The notes under the pieces: model-generated
Seen by the model: the letters and a program-made list of their open reading frames with translations, nothing else
Database searches by the model: none
Told to the model about the DNA's origin: nothing
Shown here: positions 1-10,282 of the stretch, one piece after another
Layout of the letters: every line of letters begins with the position of its first letter
Numbering within the stretch: position 1 is the first letter of the stretch
Assembly: GCA_963719505.1 (NCBI GenBank)
Contig: CAVRCF010000005.1
Span: 736,001 to 800,000 of the forward strand
DNA length: 64,000 nucleotides
Origin: Halobacteriovoraceae bacterium
Lineage (GTDB): Bacteria; Bdellovibrionota; Bacteriovoracia; Bacteriovoracales; Bacteriovoracaceae
Reading direction: 5' to 3'
Made by a program: the position numbers and the translations under genes

Positions 1-1
1 G

Positions 2-2116
2 CTATCAGCTTGGCTAACCCAAGCCAACGCCAATGCCACTCAAAACGGAAAAAGTGAAGTCACTGAGAAGGATCTTATCAAGTTTCTTCCTCAATTTTTT
101 CCGCAGCTCGATATAGATTTTTCAAAATTTAATGTGGATGAAGAGGAACTTGAAGTTCCAAGCTTCCTGGTTAACCTCAATGATAAGGCTGCCAGCGGAA
201 AGCTTGATCCTGTTATTGGAAGAACAAAGGAAATTAGAGCTGTCATGGAGATATTGGGCCGAAGAACTAAGAATAACCCGGTCTTGGTAGGACCTGCTGG
301 GGTTGGAAAGACGGCTATCATTGAGGGATTAGCTGAAGCGATTGTTAAAGGTAATGTATCAGATGTTTTAAAAGGAAAAACTATATATAGTATGGAGTTG
401 GGATCTTTAATTGCAGGGACGAAATATAGAGGCGAATTTGAAGAAAGAATACAGTCCCTTTTAAAGTTTGCTGAAAAAGGTGCTGGCGAATACATAATTT
501 TTATTGATGAAATTCATCAACTCATTGGTGCGGGAAAAACTGACGGTGCAATGGATGCTGCGAATCTTTTAAAACCGGCCCTATCTAGAGGTGAGCTCCA
601 CTGTATTGGGGCAACCACAGAAAATGAATTTCAAAAGTATATTTTAAACGATGCTGCTCTAGAAAGACGCTTTAGACAAGTTCCAGTTAGAGAGCCATCA
701 ATGGATGACTCGGTTGAAATCCTTATGGGAATTAGAGATAAGTATGAAGGTCACCACGGAATAAAAATATCCGATGAAGCTCTCTACAGTGCCGTTACTC
801 TCTCTGATCAATACCTCACAGATAAGAATTTGCCCGACAAGGCGATAGACTTAATTGATGAGTCAGCCTCTGCGTTGAAGCTTTCAGCAGAAGCTATGCC
901 GGCTGAGCTTGAGCTTTTAAAAGCAGAGATAAGAAATAAAAAGATTCTCTCAAAAGTAAATCCAAGCAAGGAACTCGAAGAGGATATTTCAAAACTACAA
1001 ATATCTTTTGATGAGTCTTATTTGAAATGGGAAGCCCAAGTTGGTAATCTTAAAAAAGTCTCCGATCTAAAAAGTCAGTATGAAACCTTGAAGTTTAATC
1101 TCGAAAAAGCGGAAAGAGAACAAAACTACGAAGAGGCTTCTAAGATAAAATACTCTCAGCTGCCTGAGGTTGAAAAAGAGTTGAAAGAATTTAATCACGG
1201 CTGGGAGCTAAAGACCGAACATATTGCCTCTGTCATTGCAAGACAGACAGGTATTCCTGTTTCTAAAATATTAAAGTCTAAGCAAGACTCTCTTTTAAAT
1301 CTTGAGGACGACCTCAATAAGAATGTCTACGGTCAAAATGAAGCGCTTCACGAAATTAGTGAAACACTTCTGGCAAGCTATGCAGGTCTCACGGATGAAA
1401 CAAAGCCCTTGGGATCTTTTTTACTGAAAGGACCAACAGGTGTGGGTAAAACTGAAACCGCAAAGACACTTGCTAAAAACCTCTTTGATTCAGAAGATAA
1501 TATCGTACGAATTGACTTGTCTGAATATTCAGAGAAACATTCTGTGGCAAAGCTCATCGGCTCCCCCGCTGGATATGTCGGTTATGATGATGGTGGTATC
1601 CTTACAGAAGCCATTAGAAGAAAACCTTACAGTGTTGTCCTTTTCGACGAAATAGAGAAAGCTCATCCAGACTTTTCAGATATTCTCCTCCAAATCCTTG
1701 ATGACGGACGTCTCACAGATAACAAAGGAAGGGTTATAAACTTTAAAAATACAGTCATTTTCTTGACCTCAAACTCAAAAAACGTTGAAGCTGACTTTAA
1801 ACCAGAAGTGCTAGGAAGACTTGATTCTATAATAGATTTCAAAGCTCTGGATAAGTCAGTGATGAAAAGCCTTGTGGAGAAGCAAATCATTCAGCTGGCA
1901 CAGAGGCTCAAGTCAAAGAAGATAGAGGTCAATTTTACTGAGAAAGCCATCTCCCATATTGCGGAACTTGGCTTTAGCGACAAGTATGGTGCCAGACCAC
2001 TTCAAAGCACCTTTAATAGGTTAATTATCAGACCTTTGTCCAAGCTAATCTTGGCCGGAGAACCAAAGTCGAAGATAGAAGTTGACTCAATAGATGGTGA
2101 AATTAAGATAAACTAA
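2..2116 (+). CDS. clpB: ATP-dependent chaperone ClpB (5' truncated by window edge)
   Basis: Two AAA+ modules (GPAGVGKT, FIDEIH, GPTGVGKT, LFDEIEKAH, GYVGY pore loop, YGARPL) with an intervening coiled-coil middle domain. The frame is open from position 2, upstream of the tracked GTG at 134. Confidence 0.9.
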   Translation, partial: LSAWLTQANANATQNGKSEVTEKDLIKFLPQFFPQLDIDFSKFNVDEEELEVPSFLVNLNDKAASGKLDPVIGRTKEIRAVMEILGRRTKNNPVLVGPAGVGKTAIIEGLAEAIVKGNVSDVLKGKTIYSMELGSLIAGTKYRGEFEERIQSLLKFAEKGAGEYIIFIDEIHQLIGAGKTDGAMDAANLLKPALSRGELHCIGATTENEFQKYILNDAALERRFRQVPVREPSMDDSVEILMGIRDKYEGHHGIKISDEALYSAVTLSDQYLTDKNLPDKAIDLIDESASALKLSAEAMPAELELLKAEIRNKKILSKVNPSKELEEDISKLQISFDESYLKWEAQVGNLKKVSDLKSQYETLKFNLEKAEREQNYEEASKIKYSQLPEVEKELKEFNHGWELKTEHIASVIARQTGIPVSKILKSKQDSLLNLEDDLNKNVYGQNEALHEISETLLASYAGLTDETKPLGSFLLKGPTGVGKTETAKTLAKNLFDSEDNIVRIDLSEYSEKHSVAKLIGSPAGYVGYDDGGILTEAIRRKPYSVVLFDEIEKAHPDFSDILLQILDDGRLTDNKGRVINFKNTVIFLTSNSKNVEADFKPEVLGRLDSIIDFKALDKSVMKSLVEKQIIQLAQRLKSKKIEVNFTEKAISHIAELGFSDKYGARPLQSTFNRLIIRPLSKLILAGEPKSKIEVDSIDGEIKIN

Positions 2117-2287
2117 AACTTGCTGAACCATACTTTAAGATTTTTTGATTTGTGAACAGAATTATATATTACTGAGATGACAAATATCTAACCTTAAGTT
2201 ATCTTAAACCTCTGTATCCTGTTATACGATAATTTAGTATCTTATCGTTTAGTAGAATATTAAGATGAAAATTGCGAGGATTGGTTT

Positions 2288-2683
2288 ATGCTGAGTTTAT
2301 ATAAGTTTCTAGTCGTTGATGACACCAAATTTATGAGAGCAAAGACAACAAGACTCCTTGAAGATAAAGGCGCATCAATTGCATCCATTTATGAAGCTGA
2401 GAATGGACGTGAAGCCATGCAGGTTCTTAAACGTCACCCGGATATTAATTTTATCTTGTGTGACCTCAACATGCCAGAGAGAAACGGATTAGAGTTTTTG
2501 GAAGATGTTAGAACGTCTAAAGATGAAACCATAGCGAAAAAGAAATTCATACTTGTCACGACCGATTCAGAAAAAGATAAAGTTATTACGGCTTTAAAGT
2601 TGAAAGTTAATGGCTACGTTTTAAAATCAGAGATGGAAGATAAACTTGTAGATGAAATAATCAGAGTACTGGGAGTAGTATGA
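2288..2683 (+). CDS. Single-domain CheY-like response regulator
   Basis: VVDD, CDLNMP..NGLEFL, VTT and YVLK receiver motifs; RBS gagga. Confidence 0.9.
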   Translation: MLSLYKFLVVDDTKFMRAKTTRLLEDKGASIASIYEAENGREAMQVLKRHPDINFILCDLNMPERNGLEFLEDVRTSKDETIAKKKFILVTTDSEKDKVITALKLKVNGYVLKSEMEDKLVDEIIRVLGVV

Positions 2684-3096
2684 CAATTGAAGTTAAGGGA
2701 ATAAGTATTCCTAAAGATTCCACATTTTTTGTGCTTGAAGACATGGAGAACTACCATGTAAATCTGAAAAAAGAATTATTTGCCATGGGCTTTCGTGGAA
2801 AATATCTAGCATTTTATACTCTTAAGGATGCTCTCGATAATTTAGATTCTGTCAATCCAGACTTCTTTATCAGTGACTGGAACCTACCTGATGGTCAGGG
2901 AATAGCTCTTTTAGATGTCGTAAGATCTAATTCTAAAAATGCAAAAAAACCTTTCATGATGATGACAACCGTTGATGATATAAATAAAATACTAGATGCT
3001 ATCAAAAAGGGTGCTGACGGCTACGTCGTCAAGCCTTGGCAGATGGGAGATATTGAAGAAGCACTCTCCCACGCTTATGAGAAGAGAGCTAATTAA
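2680..3096 (+). CDS. Single-domain CheY-like response regulator
   Basis: VLED, SDWNLPDGQG, GADGYVVKP; ATGA overlap with the previous gene. Confidence 0.9.
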   Translation: MTIEVKGISIPKDSTFFVLEDMENYHVNLKKELFAMGFRGKYLAFYTLKDALDNLDSVNPDFFISDWNLPDGQGIALLDVVRSNSKNAKKPFMMMTTVDDINKILDAIKKGADGYVVKPWQMGDIEEALSHAYEKRAN

Positions 3097-3463
3097 CATT
3101 TAACTTTATTTTCATCTTTGGGTGAATCATACACTTGACTTCGTATTCACCCTTTTTATTTAATGTAATTGTTTTATCGTTGTCCTTGCCTGGATTCTGA
3201 ATCTTAACATCGAAAACCTTCTCACCATCAAGCTTACCATTAACATTGTGTCTAGCATCGTCTCGATTTAAGAAATTAATTTTATCTCCAACCTTTAAGT
3301 CCATTTTTTCAACTTTGTATTTTTCTTCAATTGACTCATCATCGAAAACTTTGCTCGCTTGCTCTTCTGTAATGTCTTTTAAAAACACCTTATCTACTTG
3401 GTAGATATTTACCTCAGCTGAAAAAACAACCCCTGACAATAAACTAAGAAGTAAAAGTTTCAT
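3089..3463 (-). CDS. Exported cupredoxin (plastocyanin/amicyanin-like)
   Basis: Signal peptide; type-1 copper ligands HNV...CMIHPKM. Confidence 0.85.
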   Translation of the reverse strand: MKLLLLSLLSGVVFSAEVNIYQVDKVFLKDITEEQASKVFDDESIEEKYKVEKMDLKVGDKINFLNRDDARHNVNGKLDGEKVFDVKIQNPGKDNDKTITLNKKGEYEVKCMIHPKMKIKLNVN

Positions 3464-5633
3464 AATTTTCCTTTTTTATAAAGAAGTTAAAAGTTGTTCC
3501 TTCTTTTAATTTGGATTGGACACTTATTTGCCCACCCATCTGCTCTATGCTTTTTTTAACTGCATCCATGCCGATGCCTCTTCCAGACAGATCTGACACG
3601 TCATTTTTTGTTGAAAGACCTGGCATAAAAATCAAATCTATTTTATCTTGATCTGTGAAACTTTCACTTTCCTCAATAAGCTCTCTCTCTATTGCTTTAT
3701 GATAAAGGATATCACCGTCAATGCCGTTGCCGTCATCAGAAACTATAAACTGGTAAGTCGTCTCAGTTTCAAGTGCCTTAATTGTTATTTTTCCTTTCTC
3801 ACCCTTAGAGAGCTCTCTTCTTCGAGATTTGTCTTCAATACCATGATCAGCTATATTTCTAAGAATATGGGAGAAGCTTAAATCTAATTTTTTTAACGTT
3901 TGAAGCTTTAGATCAAATGGAGCATCTACTTCTAGCTCCATGTCTTTATCGCTCAACTGTGAAGCCATGGCACGAACAAAGTCTTTATACTTTTTAAATT
4001 TTTCCTCGACAGGGAATGCATCTAGATTTTTTGCAAGTACTTTGCACTTAGGTGGTATTCCAGGGTAATTGATCAGCTCATCGATTTTACTTGGATTGCA
4101 GTAATAACCGTCCTCTTCGTTGTCTAATCTTAAAATATTATTTACTTCAAGCTTTATTTGGTTGAAGTCGACTTTAATTTCTTCCAATCGATGTAGGATA
4201 TCAATCTCTTCAAGGCCTATAATGTCGCTTTCGAGATCATGTACCAAAAGGGATGTTGAATCAAATTTATTAAGAGAAAGAAGTCCCTTTATCGAGTGTA
4301 AATCCCTTAGTCTATCCTCGATACTTTGAGACTTCAGAAAGCCTAAAAGTAAGTCATCGGTCTCTTTGACAAAACCAAAGTAGCCACTGATATCTGAAGA
4401 GACAAATGAGACTCTTTGAACCTGATTCTCTAGAGCTTTTGCTTTTCTTCTGGTTGCAATTAAATCAGTCATATCTCTTATGATGACAATAATTCGAATA
4501 AGAGATCCTTTTGCATCATTTACCGCTTTAAAGGATATCTCAAGATTTCTATCCTGAAGATCAATTCTATTTGGAAGAAGTCTCATTGCAGATTCAAAAC
4601 CAAGAATCCCGGAGTAAGCTGTCTCAATAACATCCCTAACCCTCACGTCTTTTACTAAAAGAGCTTCATAGACTTCGGAAAGATGGGTCAAATTCCTCAT
4701 ATTAGGAACAATCTCATCAGTTCTAGGTGAACGCTCAGGCGAGATATTTCCTTTTTCGTTGATATAAAAAAGTCCAAAAGGCAAAGAAGCAAGAAGAGTT
4801 GTCATCCCCTTATCTTTTCTTTCTATGGTATCAAGCATAATATTGAGAGAGTCAGAGAGATCACCAAACTCATCATTGTTTTTTAAATGAGATCTTTTGG
4901 AGTAGTCACCTTCTTTGACCTTTTCACAAACTTTCTCTAGCTTTCCAAGTGGCTTTATAATAAGAAATGCCACGACAAAAGAGAACAGAATACTGAGAAC
5001 AACACCCAGCGAAGTCGCAATTGAAGTTTCTTTGAGATTCTTCTTGTTTAGCTCCTCTGAGTCTAGTCGAAATAAGTATCCATTTTCAGCAGAGTCATCA
5101 AAGATCTTTTCTGCGTCTGAGACAATTTCTCTCGAAACACTGTTTGCGTTCCATTCGTCATAGAGATCAAAGAACTTTGTATTTCCTTTCAATAATCTTT
5201 GTTCTTTTTGCAAAAGGATTTCATCTTCCACAACTTTGAGTCGCTCAAGATCTTCATCAATTTCGGAGAGGAGACTCTCTTTGTTAGCACTCAAAGACCT
5301 CTCTTTTACAACACCAAGGTCCTCAATAATCGTTTTAAATGATCGCTTTACTTTCTTCTTTAAAACTTTGAAAGCCTCTTTGTCTCTGGATAGAAGAGCC
5401 TCTTGTATAAGACCTTTATGCTTTGAAATATCGTACATGACAGCTTTAGCAAACTGGCCAGTCATCAAGGTATTGTCATACGTTGTGTAGACAAGCTTTG
5501 CTGTTTGATCAATTTGTTTGTAACTATTAATACCTATAAAAGCTGAAATAAGTACAAGAAGACTAAAAACGGCAATTAACTTTAACTTTATGGAAATTCG
5601 CATATGCCTTACTTTGTTAATGATTAATAACAT
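3444..5633 (-). CDS. Membrane-anchored sensor kinase: periplasmic domain, HAMP, PAS-like, Hpt, CheA-type HATPase; no CheW domain
   Basis: Two TM segments, HAMP (KPL..L...DEFGDL), Hpt LHSIKG, CheA-like RNIADHGIE / DDGNGID / SGRGIGMDAVK. Confidence 0.85.
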   Translation of the reverse strand: MLLIINKVRHMRISIKLKLIAVFSLLVLISAFIGINSYKQIDQTAKLVYTTYDNTLMTGQFAKAVMYDISKHKGLIQEALLSRDKEAFKVLKKKVKRSFKTIIEDLGVVKERSLSANKESLLSEIDEDLERLKVVEDEILLQKEQRLLKGNTKFFDLYDEWNANSVSREIVSDAEKIFDDSAENGYLFRLDSEELNKKNLKETSIATSLGVVLSILFSFVVAFLIIKPLGKLEKVCEKVKEGDYSKRSHLKNNDEFGDLSDSLNIMLDTIERKDKGMTTLLASLPFGLFYINEKGNISPERSPRTDEIVPNMRNLTHLSEVYEALLVKDVRVRDVIETAYSGILGFESAMRLLPNRIDLQDRNLEISFKAVNDAKGSLIRIIVIIRDMTDLIATRRKAKALENQVQRVSFVSSDISGYFGFVKETDDLLLGFLKSQSIEDRLRDLHSIKGLLSLNKFDSTSLLVHDLESDIIGLEEIDILHRLEEIKVDFNQIKLEVNNILRLDNEEDGYYCNPSKIDELINYPGIPPKCKVLAKNLDAFPVEEKFKKYKDFVRAMASQLSDKDMELEVDAPFDLKLQTLKKLDLSFSHILRNIADHGIEDKSRRRELSKGEKGKITIKALETETTYQFIVSDDGNGIDGDILYHKAIERELIEESESFTDQDKIDLIFMPGLSTKNDVSDLSGRGIGMDAVKKSIEQMGGQISVQSKLKEGTTFNFFIKKENYETFTS

Positions 5634-6024
5634 CCTTATTCATAGGAGCTAGTTTTGCTAAAAGTTTATTTTGCAACCTTGGACTAATGTCATTTTCTCT
5701 CATCGTCTGTTGTAGAACTTCAACAAGTTTGTAAAAGTGTGAAGCTTTAATATCGTGACCTTTATGGGCTCTTTTCATATTCTTACCAGAATATTTACAA
5801 GGACCATTGAGTTCAGCACAAAACTGCTCAGCCAGTTTTTCCTTAAAACGCTTTATATCTGTTTCAACAAAAAACGGTTTCATTTTTTCGTTGGATTGAA
5901 GCTTTAAGGTAAACTCATCAACAATTTTATTAATCTTTTTCATGCCACCAAATTTTTCAAAATCTGAAGATGAATAAGATGCAAATGAGATAATAAGGGT
6001 TATCATTAAAATAATATTTTTCAT
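5617..6024 (-). CDS. Group 1 truncated hemoglobin with signal-peptide-like N-terminus
   Basis: FGG...IVDEF, PFF, QFCAELNGPCKYSGKNMKRAHKG pattern of trHbN. Confidence 0.9.
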   Translation of the reverse strand: MKNIILMITLIISFASYSSSDFEKFGGMKKINKIVDEFTLKLQSNEKMKPFFVETDIKRFKEKLAEQFCAELNGPCKYSGKNMKRAHKGHDIKASHFYKLVEVLQQTMRENDISPRLQNKLLAKLAPMNKDVINH

Positions 6025-6884
6025 TAAAAACCTACTTGTAGTGAAGTGTAAATACCGCTTTGATTATCGCGAACAGCTATGTTTCCAAGATCAACGTATG
6101 CTGTAGTGAGAGAAATGTTCTTTGTTGGGGCCCAAGCAAGATAAATATCCTTCCAATCTTCTTCCTCAAAGCTGGTCAGGTTATTAGGCTTATTTCTGTA
6201 TTCCATTCCTAAAACGAGATCATGCCTCAAAAGGTATCCAACGGATACTTCCGTCATCAATTCTCTTTCATCGTTTTCACCGCCACCAAATCCTAAGAAC
6301 CCTGTTTGATTGGCTTTGGTCGACCTTAAAGTTAGATTATAAAGCAAGCTTTGATTGAGAACAATCTTTGAAAATGAAACATAGTAGTCAACACCGATAT
6401 GATCCTCAGCTCCTAGCACTTTAACAAGATCCTCTTCTTGGTTCTCTTTTCTTTGAACCCCCACAGAAATTTGAGGTATCCAAGTGCCTTGATCCAGTAC
6501 CCCGTCACCATAGACTTTAACTTTTAAGCCCATAGTGTCTTGTTGAATACCAAACTGATCATTTTTTCCCAGGTTTGCTGAACTAACATCTTGAGTATAA
6601 AAAACTTGCTGAGAATATGAAAGCTCAACCAGATTTTTAAGACCAACGGTAATCCCCTGGGCCTTAACCGTATAGTCTTGGGTTCTAACTTCTGTGGCGT
6701 AGACATTTGCACCATACTCATCACGAGTGGCATAAGTACCAATGAAAGCCCAAGGAGTTAAACCTCCCCCAGCAGAACCTTCCAGCTGGGAAACCCCACC
6801 TGTTAAGAGAAGTTTTCCGGACATCGCTGAAGCTTGAAAAGTGGACCCTAAGACGAGGGCTCCAATTACTGCTCTTTTTAACAT
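6024..6884 (-). CDS. DUF3034-family putative outer-membrane beta-barrel
   Basis: TGGVSQLEGSAGGGLTPWA motif, EYRNKPNNL, C-terminal SLQVGF. Confidence 0.85.
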   Translation of the reverse strand: MLKRAVIGALVLGSTFQASAMSGKLLLTGGVSQLEGSAGGGLTPWAFIGTYATRDEYGANVYATEVRTQDYTVKAQGITVGLKNLVELSYSQQVFYTQDVSSANLGKNDQFGIQQDTMGLKVKVYGDGVLDQGTWIPQISVGVQRKENQEEDLVKVLGAEDHIGVDYYVSFSKIVLNQSLLYNLTLRSTKANQTGFLGFGGGENDERELMTEVSVGYLLRHDLVLGMEYRNKPNNLTSFEEEDWKDIYLAWAPTKNISLTTAYVDLGNIAVRDNQSGIYTSLQVGF

Positions 6885-6966
6885 TTTTACCTTCCTTAAC
6901 TGAAATAAGCTTTAATTATATGAAATTAATTTTTAAAACACAAAATTTATTGCTACTGTATAAACT

Positions 6967-8499
6967 ATGGATAAAGAATTAATCAGCGTAAGAAATGCAA
7001 ACTTCTCAGATATTCCCAAGATCTCAGCCCTTTTAGATAAAATCTATGGTGAAATGGAAAGTTACAAAAAGGCCATGATCAGAGGTCAACTCTCAAACTA
7101 CAAAGAAGGTTGTTTTGTAGTTTTCAAAGGAGAGGAGCTTATAGCCTACTCCGCCAGTCTTTTAATGAGCGAAGAAAAAGCCATTACCCCTCATACCTGG
7201 AGCGAAATCACCGCCAACGGTTACGGTTCAACCCACCAGCCCAAAGGAATTTATCTTTATGGGTATGAAACTTGTGTTGATCCTACTATTAGAGGTCATA
7301 GAATAGGACTTAGGATTTATAATGCGCGAAAAAATCTAGTTAAACATAAAAATTTAAAGGGCATCATTTTTGGTGGTCGAATACCAAACTATCACAAGAA
7401 ATATAAAAAAGTAGATAGTGTTCAAGAATATGTTGATAAGGTCATTGATAAAAGCTTCAAAGATACAACTTTAGGATTTCAAATCAGAAGAGGTTTCGAA
7501 GTCATAGGTATACTGAAGAACTATGATAAATCCGATATTCAAAGTCGTGGTTATGCAGTTCATCTTAAATGGGACAACCCCGAGTTTCTAGCAGAGTCAA
7601 CTGATGACGAACTACAGTTACCTATTAAGCAAAAGTCTGTAAGAGTAGTGACCGTTCAATATCAACTTCGACCGGTGAAAAGCTTTGAAGAGTTTTCAGA
7701 AATCGTTGAATATTATGTCGATGTTGCTGGGGATTACTCGGCAGATTTTTTACTTTTTCCCGAACTTTTTACCATGCAGCTTCTCTCTATTAAAAATGAA
7801 GAAGTAAGTCCGGATGTGGCCATTCGTCATATGACCGAATATACAGAACAGATTAAGGACCTCTTTATAAACCTTGCTGTGAAATATAATGTTAATATCA
7901 TTGCAGGTTCCCATCCAACTCATGTTGGAGAAAGAGTGAGAAATATTTCGTATATTTGTTTGAGAGATGGAAGCATCCACGAGCAAGCTAAGATTCACCC
8001 AACTCCTGATGAAAAATATTGGTGGAAAATTGAAGGTGGAGACAAACTTAATGTCATCGATACAGATTGTGGCCCTATTGGTGTTCTTATCTGTTATGAC
8101 AGTGAATTCCCAGAGCTTACAAGACATATGGTAAACCAAGGAATCCAATTTCTTTTTGTTCCCTTTTTAACTGATAATCGCCAAGGTTACTGTAGAGTAA
8201 AGTATTGCTGTCAGGCGCGTGCTGTTGAGAATCAAATCTATGTCGCAATGGCCGGAAATGTCGGAAACCTCCCTCGAGTTTCTAACATCGATGTCAATTA
8301 TGCTCAAAGTTGTATTTTAACTCCGTGTGATTTTCCTTTTGCTATGGATGGTATAGCAGCCGAGGCGACACCGAACGTTGAGATGGTTTCAATTGCTGAT
8401 CTAAGAATAGATACTCTTTTAGAGGCAAGAGCGAATGGCTCTGTTAAAAACCTCATGGACAGGCGACATGACCTCTACTCCGTCGTTTGGAAGAAATAA
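6967..8499 (+). CDS. Bifunctional GNAT acetyltransferase / carbon-nitrogen hydrolase
   Basis: VDPTIRGHRIG GNAT motif; nitrilase triad LFPE, QAKIH, ICYDSEFPE. Confidence 0.9.
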   Translation: MDKELISVRNANFSDIPKISALLDKIYGEMESYKKAMIRGQLSNYKEGCFVVFKGEELIAYSASLLMSEEKAITPHTWSEITANGYGSTHQPKGIYLYGYETCVDPTIRGHRIGLRIYNARKNLVKHKNLKGIIFGGRIPNYHKKYKKVDSVQEYVDKVIDKSFKDTTLGFQIRRGFEVIGILKNYDKSDIQSRGYAVHLKWDNPEFLAESTDDELQLPIKQKSVRVVTVQYQLRPVKSFEEFSEIVEYYVDVAGDYSADFLLFPELFTMQLLSIKNEEVSPDVAIRHMTEYTEQIKDLFINLAVKYNVNIIAGSHPTHVGERVRNISYICLRDGSIHEQAKIHPTPDEKYWWKIEGGDKLNVIDTDCGPIGVLICYDSEFPELTRHMVNQGIQFLFVPFLTDNRQGYCRVKYCCQARAVENQIYVAMAGNVGNLPRVSNIDVNYAQSCILTPCDFPFAMDGIAAEATPNVEMVSIADLRIDTLLEARANGSVKNLMDRRHDLYSVVWKK

Positions 8500-8591
8500 A
8501 GTTTAGAAAGTTACACAACATAAACAACTAAAATTGAGGCATGCTGTATTCATGTGACATATCCTTTTTATAAACTAACAAAGGAAGTGAT

Positions 8592-9074
8592 ATGAACGAA
8601 AACAAAGAAAAAATTATTAACATTATCAAAGATGTTAAAGTTGCAAGCCTTATCACCTATGATAACAAACTTACATCTAGACCTATGTACACATCACAAA
8701 AAGAGTTTGATGATAAACTCTTTTTCTTTACCATTTTTGAAACTGAAAAAGTGCAAGATGTAATAAAAACACCTGAAGTCCTTATTAATTATGCGGACAA
8801 CAAAGGTTTTAATTATGTATCAGTTAATGGTACCGCACACTTAAACTTTAATAAAGAAACCATGAAGAAACATTGGAACTTTGCAAAGTCTGCCTTTTTT
8901 GAACAAGGCCTTGATACTCCCGGTTTGTGCTTAATTGAAGTAGAAATTAGTAGAATGGAGTGCTGGACATCTGATAAAAACATTCTTACTAAAGCTTACG
9001 AATTCAGCAAAGGGTTAATGAAAGGCCAGAGCGCGGATCTTGGTAAGCACTTCACAGAAAATAACTTACATTAA
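8592..9074 (+). CDS. General stress protein 26 / pyridoxamine 5'-phosphate oxidase-like
   Basis: SRPM, YVSVNG.A and LIEV...ECW pattern; RBS aaggaag. Confidence 0.8.
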   Translation: MNENKEKIINIIKDVKVASLITYDNKLTSRPMYTSQKEFDDKLFFFTIFETEKVQDVIKTPEVLINYADNKGFNYVSVNGTAHLNFNKETMKKHWNFAKSAFFEQGLDTPGLCLIEVEISRMECWTSDKNILTKAYEFSKGLMKGQSADLGKHFTENNLH

Positions 9075-9105
9075 TAAACGACTGTAAGTCAGACTTAAAG
9101 CTGGC

Positions 9106-10134
9106 TTACAGGTTTTTAAATTTTCTCTCCAGTTTATCAACTGAGTTTTCTAAACTCCCCCAAAATGCTTCTGATGCATCAACCTTAAATTTACCGTTAT
9201 CTATTTCAAAAGGTAATTCAGTGGCTATTTTATTGTCTGAAATTGCAGAGAGAATCCAACCAGCAAATCCGCCTAAATACTCAATAAAAAAGTGTGATGC
9301 ACCTTTAAACTCCTGGTCAGGTTTCACAACATCTAGGTCATCTAAAAATACTCTTGCGTAGGCTTTAGCATTATTGGCATCACCTTTAAACTCGCTCAAT
9401 ATAGTTAACTCTCCACTGGTAATATCTAGTGGGACATAACTTAGTAATAATTTATTTAAAGTATTAATTTTAAATTTATCGATCTTTACGTTTATATCAA
9501 AATAATTATCATCCCTTGACAGATCAATTCCACCATCAACATGAATCGGTGCTTGATTATTTAGGACACCTTCAATAGTAATATTGGATAGATTTGATTT
9601 ACTGAGATTAGGAGTGAGTAGATTGTTGACCACACCTTGGGAAATAAACACATTAGTATTTTCAAAACCTACTATTGAAGTATCTTGATAAGAAAATGTT
9701 AAATCCTTTATATTTATAGATTGAATATCTAATGGAATAACTGCTTTGAGAGCCTTTATCCAATTTTCCTTTTTTTCCTTACCAGGAATTTGCTCTTGAG
9801 ATTTATCTTTGGACTTAACAATAGTAACTGAAGCCTTACTTATAAGAACATCTAAAGAAATCTTCCCCTCTAATAAAGCTGTCCACGAGACGTTAAGTCC
9901 CAGGTTATGAATATTTAAAAATGGTAATTTGTCTTGAGAAGAAACCTTATCAATGACGAGCTTATCAATACTATAACTTCCAGTTATGAGGCTAATGTCC
10001 AAATCATCTATGTGTCCCGACAAAGAATCAAAACTATCTCCCAGTGATTTATTGATAAAGTGTTTACCAATGGGCTCAAGTGAGATTCGAATGAGAATTA
10101 GAACAACAAGTGTCATCATTAAAGATTTTTTCAT
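9106..10134 (-). CDS. DUF748/AsmA-like protein
   Basis: N-terminal TM, then GHIDDLDISLITGSY and IATELP. Start moved to ATG 10134 (RBS aagg). Confidence 0.7.
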   Translation of the reverse strand: MKKSLMMTLVVLILIRISLEPIGKHFINKSLGDSFDSLSGHIDDLDISLITGSYSIDKLVIDKVSSQDKLPFLNIHNLGLNVSWTALLEGKISLDVLISKASVTIVKSKDKSQEQIPGKEKKENWIKALKAVIPLDIQSINIKDLTFSYQDTSIVGFENTNVFISQGVVNNLLTPNLSKSNLSNITIEGVLNNQAPIHVDGGIDLSRDDNYFDINVKIDKFKINTLNKLLLSYVPLDITSGELTILSEFKGDANNAKAYARVFLDDLDVVKPDQEFKGASHFFIEYLGGFAGWILSAISDNKIATELPFEIDNGKFKVDASEAFWGSLENSVDKLERKFKNL

Positions 10135-10282
10135 AACATACCTTAAATCAATAATAGATTCACTGCACACAATTACTTTAGAATATCGTGTGAAAAAGTT
10201 TACACATTCAATGCGCACTATCGAGCATATTTTAACAGCATACATCATTAGACTGAGAGCAGAAAATTATAAGGAGGAAACA

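Noticed and set aside
3648-5490. Short plus-strand ORFs inside the kinase gene (and similar nested ORFs throughout, e.g. 91-495, 7750-8148, 16389-17072, 46103-46528, 57439-57726)
   Set aside because: They lie antisense or out of frame within well-supported genes and show no protein motifs
9986-10282. N-terminal 99 aa of the 172-aa ORF
   Set aside because: It overlaps the DUF748 gene antisense; a strong RBS points to ATG 10283 as the real start
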